Of a stretch of 55,366 nucleotides of DNA, positions 39,501 through 48,298 are shown piece by piece. The notes beneath the pieces were generated by a model. It saw only the letters and a program-made list of their open reading frames with translations, had not been told where the DNA came from and did not search any database. The stretch comes from Anaerolineae bacterium. Its GTDB lineage: Bacteria; Chloroflexota; Anaerolineae; B4-G1; DUEL01. Both the position numbers and the translations under genes were made by a program. Location: positions 1 through 55,366 of the forward strand of contig JASFWK010000004.1 in assembly GCA_050049355.1 (NCBI GenBank), read 5' to 3'. Numbering within the stretch: the first letter of the stretch is position 1; every line of letters begins with the position of its first letter.

Positions 39501-39894
39501 CACGTCACCCTCGGCCACCAGTGGTCACCCTGCCGACCACGGCGATGCCCATCATTCCTGGTACTTCTTGCCACAAACTCAGCTCTACTACGATGCCTTC
39601 GGCGGTGCCCGTCAGCTCTTCTATACCGAGATGGGGTACGCGTCTCAGGAGGGATTGCCCACTTTCTCCGACCAATTCGCCTGGGCGCGGGGCACCGACA
39701 ACAGCGAGCAGGCGGCGTGGCTATCTGAGGCGGTTCAGTTGAGCGTCCAGACTGGGATGGTCCGTTGTATCATCGTCTGGAACATAGATTTCCCGCGCTA
39801 TGGCTACGATCCCCAGGATGGCTATGCCATCGTCCGGCCTGGTGGCTCATGTCCGGCCTGCGATGCTCTGCATGGCGTCTTGGGCACACGGTAG
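36526..39894 (+). CDS. multidomain membrane-anchored protein: degenerate GH18-like barrel, NBR1-like Ig domain, clan GH-A hydrolase
   Basis: TM YGIIAILVIGALVLP; GIALDY..., GYDWAALG; FVEDVTVPDG...FVKTWRLRNSGTCDW; IEVWNEPN and FYTEMGY; SD GGAGGTG. Confidence 0.8.
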   Translation: MEEHNSEAEVPEGLAVATEETGRSADESGAETDSPGPAEHEAGSPGSTLFQRLAAIFTRKRGQASESAVAAAEEHAPNPERRDETEAAAAPTGPTLRERLAITFAPARERFGTGLGRLGTSLTGGGWVYGIIAILVIGALVLPPISLPRRLGLVGFTRINAGSSSLSHPDGITVRVEPEDGVSLRVSLDTIPRVDFLDGEAGLEEAVAAVPDWLEVKSPYYRIEVFSSAAGPATLEVVIPNEAEPWETLDLYTWTGSAWEWVGGALDSEREVLAAKVTQLPSSVVVMQTAPVVPAIATTTSEPPEGEAAEILTEVLLPGLYLGTDGTLLGQVPTLNSEDLEQMLLIRDWRDDEPLSPALLTDVLNRPDIQDAHIEQIVTKTLESDAAGIALDYRAVDVDQRESFSQFVGALADKLHAQNLQLEVRVPAPIERDGAWETGGYDWAALGAAADALLIPFPREPEAYAEGGEVQSLLDWAVGEVSRYKLRAVVSSLCTDVCGEEVKRVPLEEALAPFGDVQSSAEAELEPGQEVTFAVVGQVTSIVLEESVGTYAVTYQAEDETEHTVWLGTPSFLARKLEWALRYHLGGVLVNGVLDEGNMPGVLEAVASYRVAAEPPPPTEMEVTWAVEGPSELALEETTALTRPHFRWVAPSEPGMYAVSASVAGVSWGSVELAVAEPTPEVTPLTVEEAACLEASFVEDVTVPDGTQFDNGEAFVKTWRLRNSGTCDWPEETVLVFRSGSQMGGADSVPVGAVAAGETKEISVQLTAPEEAGNFTGLWVLKAGDTEISGGEVSVVIRAGEVAGAPPPPPAPVSGGSFELGGHVRDLGLPYANLMHYAGMNWAKVQVHYGQDASGIIQAAHANGFKIQLSALGTPSMVTQPGFEQDFASWVAGLAAGGADAIEVWNEPNIDREWQVGHIDPAAYTQLLCTAYQAIKGANPNALVISAAPAPTGWFGGCGPNGCDDLPWIQGMYNAGAAQCMDYLGAHHNAGATSPSATSGHPADHGDAHHSWYFLPQTQLYYDAFGGARQLFYTEMGYASQEGLPTFSDQFAWARGTDNSEQAAWLSEAVQLSVQTGMVRCIIVWNIDFPRYGYDPQDGYAIVRPGGSCPACDALHGVLGTR

Positions 39895-39920
39895 GCAACA
39901 GGGGGGCTAGGAGAACACCG

Positions 39921-41234
39921 ATGACCAATCCTTCGTCCAACGTAGATCGGTTGAGTAACCGGCGATTGGCTGTGGGTGTTGGTCTTTGGTTGCTGGTCCT
40001 TGTCGTAGGGGCCTTCTGTGTTTGGTGGGGGTTCTTCCGCGCGGGACCCTCGGCGGAGACGTCCCGCGCCACCGCCACGGCGGGGAGCGGTTTGGTGGCC
40101 CTCGACTCGGGAACGCCCACCACCGAACCAGTCCCCAGCTCTCAGGCCGCCGCCCCTTATGACTCCTCGGAGCAGGCCTTCGGGTACGGCGTGGCTGCCC
40201 ACAGCCTGATCCTTCCCGATTACACAATGGATCAAGTGAGAGGTTTGGACCTGGGTTGGGTCAAGCAGCAGGTTCGCTGGGCCGACTTCGAGCCGAATCC
40301 CGGAGAGATGGACTGGAGTGGATATGATGCAGTTGTCGCGTCAGCCAACGATCGCGATCTGCGGCTGATGCTCAGCGTGGTGGATGCCCCCGCTTGGTCC
40401 CGCGATTATGTCGACGACACTCCGGAAGCAGCTCCCCCCGGGGACCTCACGCTCTTCGCTAGTTTCCTGAGCCGGCTCGTGGATCGCTACCAGGGCCGCA
40501 TCCACGCCATAGAGGTCTGGAACGAGCAGAACCTGGATCGGGAATGGGATACCGCCGAAGGGGTGAGCCCAGAGCGGTACGTGGAGATGCTGCGGATGGC
40601 CTATCAGGTGATCAAGAGCCGGGATCCCAACATCATCGTCATAAGCGGTGCACTTTCGCCCACGGGCGTCAACGGAACCGATCCCAACAACCCAGACCGT
40701 ATCACTGCGATGGACGACACGCGTTACTTGCAGGCGATGATCGACCACGGTTTCCTGGACTACTGCGACTGCGTGGGGGCCCATCACAATGGCTACAACA
40801 TTCCCCCCGATGTGAGATGGGATGATCCTTATCAGGACGACACCGCTATCTTCCAGGGCTTCTGGGATAACCCCCATCCGAGCTGGTCGTTCCGCAGTAC
40901 CCTTGAGAGGTACAATGAAGCTCTCTCTGGGGCAAAGCCTCTCTGCGTGACGGAATTCGGGTGGGCGTCCTCGGAGGGATTGGGTGGCTATCCGCCGGGT
41001 TTTGAATTCGCGGCGGATAACACGCTGGAGGAACAAGCGGAGTACGATGTGCAGGCCTTCCAGCTGATGCGGGAGTGGGGCTTCGTGCGTCTAGCATTCC
41101 TCTGGAACCTGGACTTCGCTAACAAGGTCCAGCTGGATCCCACCGAGGATCCCTACGCACCCTACAGCCTCGTGGATCGCAATGGGGCGCCTCGGCCGGC
41201 CTTTGGGGCCATCGCGTCGATGGACAAGCCCTAG
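39921..41234 (+). CDS. membrane-anchored clan GH-A (GH5/GH39-like) glycoside hydrolase
   Basis: N-terminal TM, GWVKQQVRW, IEVWNEQN, LCVTEFGW. Confidence 0.85.
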   Translation: MTNPSSNVDRLSNRRLAVGVGLWLLVLVVGAFCVWWGFFRAGPSAETSRATATAGSGLVALDSGTPTTEPVPSSQAAAPYDSSEQAFGYGVAAHSLILPDYTMDQVRGLDLGWVKQQVRWADFEPNPGEMDWSGYDAVVASANDRDLRLMLSVVDAPAWSRDYVDDTPEAAPPGDLTLFASFLSRLVDRYQGRIHAIEVWNEQNLDREWDTAEGVSPERYVEMLRMAYQVIKSRDPNIIVISGALSPTGVNGTDPNNPDRITAMDDTRYLQAMIDHGFLDYCDCVGAHHNGYNIPPDVRWDDPYQDDTAIFQGFWDNPHPSWSFRSTLERYNEALSGAKPLCVTEFGWASSEGLGGYPPGFEFAADNTLEEQAEYDVQAFQLMREWGFVRLAFLWNLDFANKVQLDPTEDPYAPYSLVDRNGAPRPAFGAIASMDKP

Positions 41235-41243
41235 GGCTATCCA

Positions 41244-42452
41244 ATGACAGAAGCGTCGGACGACCGGGCCCGCGAGATCCCTCGCGTGCGAGGTCTGATC
41301 GCTGGGGCCTCTCTTCTGATCCTGCTTCTCCTGACTCTCTTCGGCCGGAGGTTTCTGGGCCTTGAGGCCAGCCTCTCCCCTGTCCCCTCAGCAACCTCAC
41401 GTCCTCCGACCCCTACATCCTGGCCCCGGGCCCGGCTGCAATCTCCCGATTATGGGATGCAGGCGTTCCTGTGGTGGAAGGAGGAGGTCGCTGACCGTGA
41501 TCTGGACCTCATCAGCGATGCTGGCTTCAGTTGGGTCAAACAGAACGTGGATTGGCGAGGGTTGGAAGGGATACAACGAGACCGTTTCGACTGGTGGTTC
41601 ACCGACCGTATCGTCGAGCAGGCTGAGGACCATAACCTCCACGTCCTGTTTCGTCTGAACGGAACCCCCTTGCCGGACTGGGTTGAGCCACCTGAGGATC
41701 CTGCCCTGCTGGCGCGTCCAGAGGACTTCGGGCACTTCTGCGGGGCGGTGGCGGAGCGATACCGAGGACGAGTGCGGGCCTACCAAGTCTGGAACGAGCC
41801 CAACCTCGCTCGCGAGTGGGGCGGGCAGCCTCCGTATCCTGAGGGCTATGCTCAGTTGCTGCGCGCCTGTTATGTCGCTATCAAGATGGCAGATCCGGAT
41901 GCCTCGGTCATCTCCGCCGGCTTGGCTCCCACCGGCACTGGTCCGCCGGGAGCGATGCCAGACGTAGAGTACCTGGTGGCGATGTATGAGGCGGGTGCCG
42001 CTCCCTACTTCGACCTGCTGGGCGTGCACGCGCCCGGCTTCCAGGTTCCCCCGGAGATCTCGCCTGACGAGGTCGCAGCAAATCCCGACTACGGGGGACA
42101 CCGGTTCTTCTGCTTTCGGCGCGTGGAGGATCTGCGTGATATCATGGTCCGCTATGGAGACGCCGACAAGCAGATCGCCATCCTCGAGATGGGGTGGACC
42201 ACCGATCCGCTCCATCCTGAGTATGCTTGGTTCGCCGTCACTGAGGAACAGAAAGCCGACTACCTGGTGCGGGCTTTTCGATATGCCCGAGAGCACTGGA
42301 GGCCCTGGGTGGGGCCGATGTTCGTTCTCTCCATCGCTAACCCGTTCTGGACCCCCGATGACGAGCAGTACTGGTGGGCCATCACGGAGCCGGGTTGGCC
42401 CGAGACGCGGGTGCGCCCCTCGTACGAGGCGCTCGCGGAGATGGAGAAGTAG
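41244..42452 (+). CDS. membrane-anchored clan GH-A (GH5/GH39-like) glycoside hydrolase
   Basis: N-terminal TM, WVKQ, YQVWNEPN, IAILEMGW. Confidence 0.85.
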   Translation: MTEASDDRAREIPRVRGLIAGASLLILLLLTLFGRRFLGLEASLSPVPSATSRPPTPTSWPRARLQSPDYGMQAFLWWKEEVADRDLDLISDAGFSWVKQNVDWRGLEGIQRDRFDWWFTDRIVEQAEDHNLHVLFRLNGTPLPDWVEPPEDPALLARPEDFGHFCGAVAERYRGRVRAYQVWNEPNLAREWGGQPPYPEGYAQLLRACYVAIKMADPDASVISAGLAPTGTGPPGAMPDVEYLVAMYEAGAAPYFDLLGVHAPGFQVPPEISPDEVAANPDYGGHRFFCFRRVEDLRDIMVRYGDADKQIAILEMGWTTDPLHPEYAWFAVTEEQKADYLVRAFRYAREHWRPWVGPMFVLSIANPFWTPDDEQYWWAITEPGWPETRVRPSYEALAEMEK

Positions 42453-42751
42453 CGCCTTCGGTGAATGGCGCGGACAGCCACGTAGCTCCTCTGTCTATCT
42501 AGAGGGATTGATTCCGCAGTGGCAGATCTATCAGCGTTCGACGCGTGAGCAGCCGAGGTTGGGCACTGTCCCTGTGGAGACAGGCCTCGGGCGGTTCTTG
42601 CGGACGTCCCTGAAAGGAGCGCATACCGCTCGACCTGACGGTTTGGCGCGCATCCCCGTACTGCAACCTCATTTCAGACTACAGGGCAACCTTGAGAGCC
42701 TCCTTGCCCAGGAGCGAGCCATAGTCGGCCCGTTCAAGAGCAGTCGTGGCG

Positions 42752-43162
42752 CTAGCCCTCCCACTCGGTGGGCACGTAGGCGCAGCATGAGACGATCTCC
42801 TTGGCCGCCTTGGGGTAGCGCATGATCTTCATCATGTTGCCCGACAACTTGAGCTTCCCCGTCATCATGCCCTGGATGGGGTCGAGTTTGCCCTCAATGA
42901 CCTCCCGCCAGGTGCTGAACGGGGCGCGGATAACGAACTCAGCCTCTCGCTCTTCCTTGCTGTCCAACATCGCCGCGTCGGGGCTCTTACCATGGTAGAG
43001 GGCGAGGAAGAGGTAGGCGGTCTGGTCGTAGGCATCGTCGGGCTCGATGATGAAGGTGAAGTCGCCTTCCCAGTCCTTTGCCGAACGTTCATAGGACTCG
43101 CTGGCGTTGAGTTGCCGACTCAGTTCCTTGATCCATTCGTTGGAAGGAAACGTGATGCTCAT
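42752..43162 (-). CDS. SCP2 sterol/lipid-binding domain protein
   Basis: FPSNEW, GKLDPIQGMMTGKLKLSGNM; SD AGGAG. Confidence 0.85.
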   Translation of the reverse strand: MSITFPSNEWIKELSRQLNASESYERSAKDWEGDFTFIIEPDDAYDQTAYLFLALYHGKSPDAAMLDSKEEREAEFVIRAPFSTWREVIEGKLDPIQGMMTGKLKLSGNMMKIMRYPKAAKEIVSCCAYVPTEWEG

Positions 43163-43379
43163 ACTCAGTACTCTCCTATTCCATTCTCCTACGTTGTTGA
43201 CGGACTCCAGTTCAGGGTGAGCCATAATACTACTGATCTCTGGCGAACCTTCCACGTGTGAATGATCGCCAGGAAGACGAGCTTCAGAGGTCGCTCCCGA
43301 CAACCACGGCTGCGTGGGTCGTCCTCGGGGCCGGATGATTCAACTGTCAGCGCGGTTCGGTGCCGCGCATGACACCTCT

Positions 43380-43646
43380 CTACTTGTACCACTCCGGCTC
43401 GATCAGTTGCACCTCATAGATGGCTTCGATGGGGATAAGATCTGCGACCTGCTCAAGTGAGGCACGTATTGTGTCTGCGTTGGGGGCCTCCCATTCGCAG
43501 TAGAGCTTCCCTTCCTCCGGCACCACCCAGGATCTTATCCACTCTGTTTCTGGCGGTTGCGAGGCTATCACCCTCTTGATGCCGTCGATCATCTGATCCT
43601 GCGTGGCTTCGACAGCAGGATTGTGAACTGCCATAAACCTGGCCAT
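43380..43646 (-). CDS. DUF4242 (SCO4226-like) small protein
   Basis: WIRSWV...GKLYCEWEAPNADTIR. Confidence 0.7.
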   Translation of the reverse strand: MARFMAVHNPAVEATQDQMIDGIKRVIASQPPETEWIRSWVVPEEGKLYCEWEAPNADTIRASLEQVADLIPIEAIYEVQLIEPEWYK

Positions 43647-43792
43647 GCTTTCACCTTCCCTGTGTTCTCGAATCGACTGCGAGCAAACGTGGTACGACCT
43701 TAGATGAAACCAGGGCTACGCGTCACCTCCTCTCAGAAGTTGGTCCTTGCCTGCTTGCTCTCTCCCCAAGGATACTCCAGAATGGGTTGGGC

Positions 43793-44389
43793 TCAACCCG
43801 AACGCGCAGATGAGAGATCTCCGCTCGGCGGAGGTTGTCCCACGTTCAAGCTCTTCTCCCCGATTCCTTTCATCTGGTCTTGGCAGTCGGAGCAGAAATC
43901 AACCCCCTTGGTGTCGGTATCATGCAAGGTGTTTGAGAAGTACATCACGCAGCGCGGATTGGGGCAGTGGGAGAGCCCCCAGGTGTGGCCGAGTTCGTGA
44001 ACCGCCTCTTTGACCACTCGCTGGCGAAAGAGCTCGCGGCTTCTCGGCTGACCGTAGAAGGACGGCCGGAGACGCGGCAGTGCGACGAAGGCTTCCCGTC
44101 CATCAATCGCTGCCTGGCCGAAGATGAAGTTGAGGCCTTGGGTGGTGCAATCGGCATCGGCCAGGCCCAAGACTCGCCCGGCGGTGACAGAGGGAAGAGC
44201 GCGCAGTCGGGCCAGCAACGCATCTCCTTGGTATTGGCGGCGCTGGGGATCATAGCTGCCTTCTGGCAGAGGGATCTCCTCGCCGATGGTCACGCCATCC
44301 CGCACAATCGCTCCCAGCCGCTCTGCAAGCCACGCCAGCAGGTCTGCCGAGACCGGGCCGATGGGAACTAGAAGGATGCCTTCTCTCAT
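43793..44389 (-). CDS. archaemetzincin (peptidase M54) Zn metalloprotease
   Basis: NFIFG.A, HELGHTWGLSHC...CVM.FSN, FCSDC. Confidence 0.93.
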   Translation of the reverse strand: MREGILLVPIGPVSADLLAWLAERLGAIVRDGVTIGEEIPLPEGSYDPQRRQYQGDALLARLRALPSVTAGRVLGLADADCTTQGLNFIFGQAAIDGREAFVALPRLRPSFYGQPRSRELFRQRVVKEAVHELGHTWGLSHCPNPRCVMYFSNTLHDTDTKGVDFCSDCQDQMKGIGEKSLNVGQPPPSGDLSSARSG

Positions 44390-45354
44390 GACCTCCAGTC
44401 GCTCATCTCGTCCAGAATCTGTTTGTCCTCGGGTGTGAGTGAGATTGTCGCCGCTTGAATAGACTCCTGAAGTTGGGCGACAGTGTTGGCGCCAATAATG
44501 GCTGAGGTCACCACAGGATTGGCCAGCACCCAGGCCAGGGAGACCTGAGCAACCGTGGCTCCACGGTCCCGCCCAATCTCCTCCACCCTCTCGATCAGGT
44601 CGAAGTTGGCATCAGTCATGTAGTCCCTTATGCGCCGGCTGCCCTCACCGCGACTCCCCTCTGGGACAGGCTTCCCTCGTCCGTATTTGCCCGTGAGGAA
44701 GCCGCCGGCCTGTGGGCTGTAAGGGGTCACACCCAAAGACTGATCCGCGCAGAGGTCCATCAGCTCGCGCTCGAACTCGGCCCGGTGGACCAGGTTGTAG
44801 TGGGGCTGGAGCGAGGCGAAGCGGGCCAGACTGCGTTTGTCCGAGGCCCACAGCGCCTTGCACAGCTTCCAGGCCGGGAAGTTGGAGGCGCCGACGTACC
44901 GCACCTTGCCCTCACGGATCAGGTCGTCCAGCGCGTGCAGGGTCTCTTCCAGCGGAGTATCGTCGTCCGGCCAGTGGGCGATGTATAAGTCTATGTAGTC
45001 GGTCTGCAGGCGGTGCAGGCTCGCTTCCACGGCCTTCATAATATGCGCACGACCCAGCCCCTCACCGTCGGGACCGTCCCACATTCTTCCGCGCACCTTG
45101 GTTGCGATGATGATCTCCTCGCGGTTCCGCCCCTTCAGCCAGTGCCCGATGATCGTCTCGGACACGCCGCCGGGGTTGCCCTCCGTCCAGCGGGAGTAGA
45201 TGTCGGCGGTGTCGAAGAAGTTGCATCCGGCGTCCACCGCCGCCGACATGATCTCTATTGAAGATCTCTCGTCAGCTGTCCACCCGAACGTCATGGTGCC
45301 CAGGCAGATGGTTGATACCTTCAATCCCGTCTGTCCCAGTCTGCGGTACTCCAT
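44386..45354 (-). CDS. aldo/keto reductase
   Basis: LG.TGLKVS.ICLGTM, FFDTADIY, IATK, LQTDYIDLY..HW, GKVRYVGASN. Confidence 0.95.
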   Translation of the reverse strand: MEYRRLGQTGLKVSTICLGTMTFGWTADERSSIEIMSAAVDAGCNFFDTADIYSRWTEGNPGGVSETIIGHWLKGRNREEIIIATKVRGRMWDGPDGEGLGRAHIMKAVEASLHRLQTDYIDLYIAHWPDDDTPLEETLHALDDLIREGKVRYVGASNFPAWKLCKALWASDKRSLARFASLQPHYNLVHRAEFERELMDLCADQSLGVTPYSPQAGGFLTGKYGRGKPVPEGSRGEGSRRIRDYMTDANFDLIERVEEIGRDRGATVAQVSLAWVLANPVVTSAIIGANTVAQLQESIQAATISLTPEDKQILDEMSDWRS

Positions 45355-45414
45355 CCTTCTCTCCACATAGCGCCGCGCGATTAAGGCCGATAGTGCGTGA
45401 TGGGGACCGTGGGG

Positions 45415-45443
45415 ATTATATCATCTTATGATGCTGAGGCCAA
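45415..45443 (-). promoter_or_regulatory. promoter of aldo/keto reductase operon
   Basis: minus strand TTGGCC-17-TATAAT with TGn. Confidence 0.7.
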
Positions 45444-45473
45444 TTGGAGGCACATCCCGCCCAGGCAGGCGGG

Positions 45474-47276
45474 TCAGGGGCTGCGGGAACGCAGGATGAG
45501 AGGCAGGTGGATTTGGGAGATGTGATCGGCCACGATCAAGGTGACCGGGATCTGCACTGGGTTGCCCATAACCTCAGGGTCCGTCTCGACGGTGATGGTT
45601 GCGCGGTAGGTGTCGACGGGGAGACCGGTGGTATCTGCGCTAACCTCCAGCGTCTCATCGACGGGCAGTGCATCGAGCCAGGAGGCATCGTCTCTGGCGC
45701 TCCACGTGAAGGGCTCGCAGCCCCACCGCTGGATCTGCAGTGTGCGCGGGCTCGGCGGCGGAGCAGCGTACTCTGCCAGGAAGACCAGCGACTCCGGGTA
45801 GGCCGAGATGCGTTCAGGGGCTAGGTATGCCTCCTCGACGGCGGAGAAGGTACCACCGCCATCGGTGTACCGCGCCCAGATACCGCCGCCCCGGTAGTTG
45901 CCTCCTGGCACGGCCCAGGTGAGCGTGGGCTGGACCAGCCGCGAGGGTGTGAAGATGTACACGCCATCCACGTAGATGTCGGCTTGGCCGCTGCGCCAGA
46001 AGCTGAAAGTCAGCCAGGGGTCATCGGGATTAGAGTTGAACGTGAAGGCGATGGGGAACTCCTGGTACGTGTTCGCGGCGGTGAAGTCGGTTCCGCTCAG
46101 ACTGAGGGGACCGTACTCGGTGCCCCCGCCCTCGACGGATATGCGAGCCACCTCATCGGAAGAGGTGTTGTCACTCGCCCTGAGCCGGAAGTAGGCCACG
46201 AACGTTGTCTCCTTGAAAAATTCCGTCGTCCAAACCCAGGCGAAGGACTCGCCATCTCCTGGGGAGAGGCGAAAGGCAGTGCCCCCCAGCGCGGCAGGGT
46301 CGTTCACACGCCCGCCGTTGCCCCACCATAGGGTGAAAGTGTCGAAGGTATCATCCGCGTACCAGTTCTGACTGAGCTGGGTATAGCCCAGCTCACCACC
46401 CTCCAGGCCGCACAGAGACACCCGGTCGGTGGTTGAGGCAGCTAGGTGTAGGCCCAGTTCCTCCATCGAGACGCTTGATCCCAGGTAGATGGTGTCGCTG
46501 ACCACGACTGTGCGTCCCACGGCGTCACGGGTCTTGACGTAGACAGCCCGCCAGCCGGTGCCAGACTCAAGGGTCCAGGACTTGTGGGCTGTGTAGGGTT
46601 CCCAGGACGCACCGGCGAAACAAGGGTTGTTGGAAACCATCATTTCGATGGCCGGACCGAGCCTGGCGAAGCCTCCAGCGTCCTCTCGATCATAGATGTA
46701 GAGGTCGACCACGGGGGAGGTGGTGGTGATAGCCTCGTGCTCAATGACCACTGGTGGGTAGACAGGATCGTGGCCGAAATCCTGAGTCACGTAACCCCGC
46801 CCATCGCTTTCACGGCGGTAGTAGCCCAGGCCGATCTCGCGGGAGTTGGGATCGAGGAGATTGTCTCCGTGGCCGTCGCTCGCCATCCACCCTGAGATGG
46901 CCTGTTCGGGCGTCACGTACCCGCAGTACGCGTTCTCCGCACCGCTGTAGCCCTGGTAGCCGAAATCTGGCATCCGCTGCACGGGCCAGCGGCCCAGCGT
47001 GTCCTCGTGTCCGCAGTAGCAGCAGGAACGGTTCTCCACGGAGTCCCAGGAGAACCAGCGTGCAGCCTCGGTCATCTGGGCGTTCCAGCGCAGCGGGGGC
47101 AGGCCGTTATCCCGTCGGGCGAGGTTCCCAAGGTAGACGGTGCGCATCTCGTCATAGACCAGGTGAGCCGGCTGGGGCGGCGGGCCAGGGCTGAGGGTCA
47201 GTGCAGGCCGGCTGCTCAGCAGGCAGAGTATCAGCGTGATTACGAGGATGCGATAGGCTTGAGGTGTCGTCTTCAC
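45474..47276 (-). CDS. secreted CAP (SCP/PR-1) domain protein with beta-rich and BACON-like C-terminal domains
   Basis: signal peptide; NLARRDNGLPPLRWN, AEN, WMASDGH..NLL...EIGLG; WSA..DASWL; start uncertain (GTG 47276). Confidence 0.78.
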   Translation of the reverse strand: MKTTPQAYRILVITLILCLLSSRPALTLSPGPPPQPAHLVYDEMRTVYLGNLARRDNGLPPLRWNAQMTEAARWFSWDSVENRSCCYCGHEDTLGRWPVQRMPDFGYQGYSGAENAYCGYVTPEQAISGWMASDGHGDNLLDPNSREIGLGYYRRESDGRGYVTQDFGHDPVYPPVVIEHEAITTTSPVVDLYIYDREDAGGFARLGPAIEMMVSNNPCFAGASWEPYTAHKSWTLESGTGWRAVYVKTRDAVGRTVVVSDTIYLGSSVSMEELGLHLAASTTDRVSLCGLEGGELGYTQLSQNWYADDTFDTFTLWWGNGGRVNDPAALGGTAFRLSPGDGESFAWVWTTEFFKETTFVAYFRLRASDNTSSDEVARISVEGGGTEYGPLSLSGTDFTAANTYQEFPIAFTFNSNPDDPWLTFSFWRSGQADIYVDGVYIFTPSRLVQPTLTWAVPGGNYRGGGIWARYTDGGGTFSAVEEAYLAPERISAYPESLVFLAEYAAPPPSPRTLQIQRWGCEPFTWSARDDASWLDALPVDETLEVSADTTGLPVDTYRATITVETDPEVMGNPVQIPVTLIVADHISQIHLPLILRSRSP

Positions 47277-47477
47277 CTTTGATCGTTGTTTTCTGAATGG
47301 ACGCCAGTCGTTCTGTACCGTACGTTCATGGCCGAGAGAGCGCATTGGGACGATTGCGCGATTCCCCAGAACTCTTAGCCCTCGCCCCGACACGGGATTC
47401 CCCTGCGGGATGCTCTCTGGGGCGAGGGCCAGTGGTAAGCGATGTGTAGCCAGAGATAGACCTGACCAGTCACTTCC

Positions 47478-47506
47478 ATGATAGCAAAGGAAGGGGAAGA
47501 TGGCAA
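47478..47506 (-). promoter_or_regulatory. promoter upstream of CAP gene
   Basis: minus strand TTGCCA-17-TATCAT with TGn. Confidence 0.6.
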
Positions 47507-47583
47507 TGCCTCGGTGGTACTATGGGGGGCCACATTCACAGAGTGTCGCGAGGCAGTTGCACGTCTGCTGGCAGACAGGAGCT

Positions 47584-47973
47584 TCAAGGCTGCTCAGATT
47601 CGATCCTGCTCAACTGGACCGCTGCGCCGGGGGAGATCTGGCGAAAGGAGGTGGCGTCGCCCAGCAGGCGTCCTACGATGTTGACCGGGCTGGCGGCACG
47701 CGGCTCCTGGCTGGTACTTGCGGGCGTGGGGCCGAAGAAGATGCAGAAGGCGCTCCCCATTGGCCAATAGCCGAGTTCCCCCACCTCGACATCGGCACGG
47801 GCGTCGGGGGCCCGCTCCGCTTGCACGGGGATCTCAAAGTAGATCTCATCGCCCCAAGTGTTGGCCCGGCCAGTGATGGGCAGTGCGTCCCAGATCATCT
47901 GTGCCGTGGAGCTGACGTTCAGCTCGGCTTTCATACTCACAGAGCCGGCGCTGATGGTGATTTGGCGTCCCAC
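47584..47973 (-). CDS. cyclophilin-like fold protein (TM1367/DUF369 type)
   Basis: ALPI.G.ANTWGDEIYF, GELGYWP.GSAFCIFFGPTP; GTG start with GAGG SD. Confidence 0.88.
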   Translation of the reverse strand: MGRQITISAGSVSMKAELNVSSTAQMIWDALPITGRANTWGDEIYFEIPVQAERAPDARADVEVGELGYWPMGSAFCIFFGPTPASTSQEPRAASPVNIVGRLLGDATSFRQISPGAAVQLSRIESEQP

Positions 47974-48035
47974 TAGCGGTTTCCTCAACAGAGACCTGCG
48001 AAGAGATCGGTCGGCGACAGGCGAGGCTGGTCTCT

Positions 48036-48236
48036 CTATCCGCCTGCGATGAGGTGAATCACCCGCACGTCCGCATTGTCCGGAATGGTGCGGGCGGGAT
48101 ACTCCTCGCGGGGGACAACCCCTCCGTCGATGGTGACGATGATGTGGGGGAAGGTATAGTTGAATCGCTCCAACAGGTCGGAGACGGTCAACCCTTCTTC
48201 CCATTCAATCTCGTCCCGATTATTGACACGGATCAT
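48036..48236 (-). CDS. ThiS/MoaD family sulfur carrier protein
   Basis: 66 aa beta-grasp pattern ending in IAGG, next to AOR. Confidence 0.9.
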   Translation of the reverse strand: MIRVNNRDEIEWEEGLTVSDLLERFNYTFPHIIVTIDGGVVPREEYPARTIPDNADVRVIHLIAGG

Positions 48237-48255
48237 GGCGGCAATCGTAGACAAG

Positions 48256-48288
48256 GCCCAGCGTCTCCCCCCGAGGGAGACGCCGGGC
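48256..48288 (-). terminator. GC-rich hairpin downstream of AOR
   Basis: GCGTCTCCC (48261-48269) and GGGAGACGC (48275-48283), extended by GCCC/GGGC. Confidence 0.5.
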
Positions 48289-48298
48289 ACTTTGTCAG

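Noticed and set aside
42453-42751. 300-bp gap between convergent genes with small hairpins and a 57-codon minus-strand ORF
   Set aside because: No TIR/TSD pair, no recognisable protein or RNA motif.
47378-47429. Inverted repeat GCCCTCGCCCC / GGGGCGAGGGC upstream of the CAP gene
   Set aside because: Single GC-rich stem with a 30-nt loop and no T tract or second copy in the window; function unsupported.
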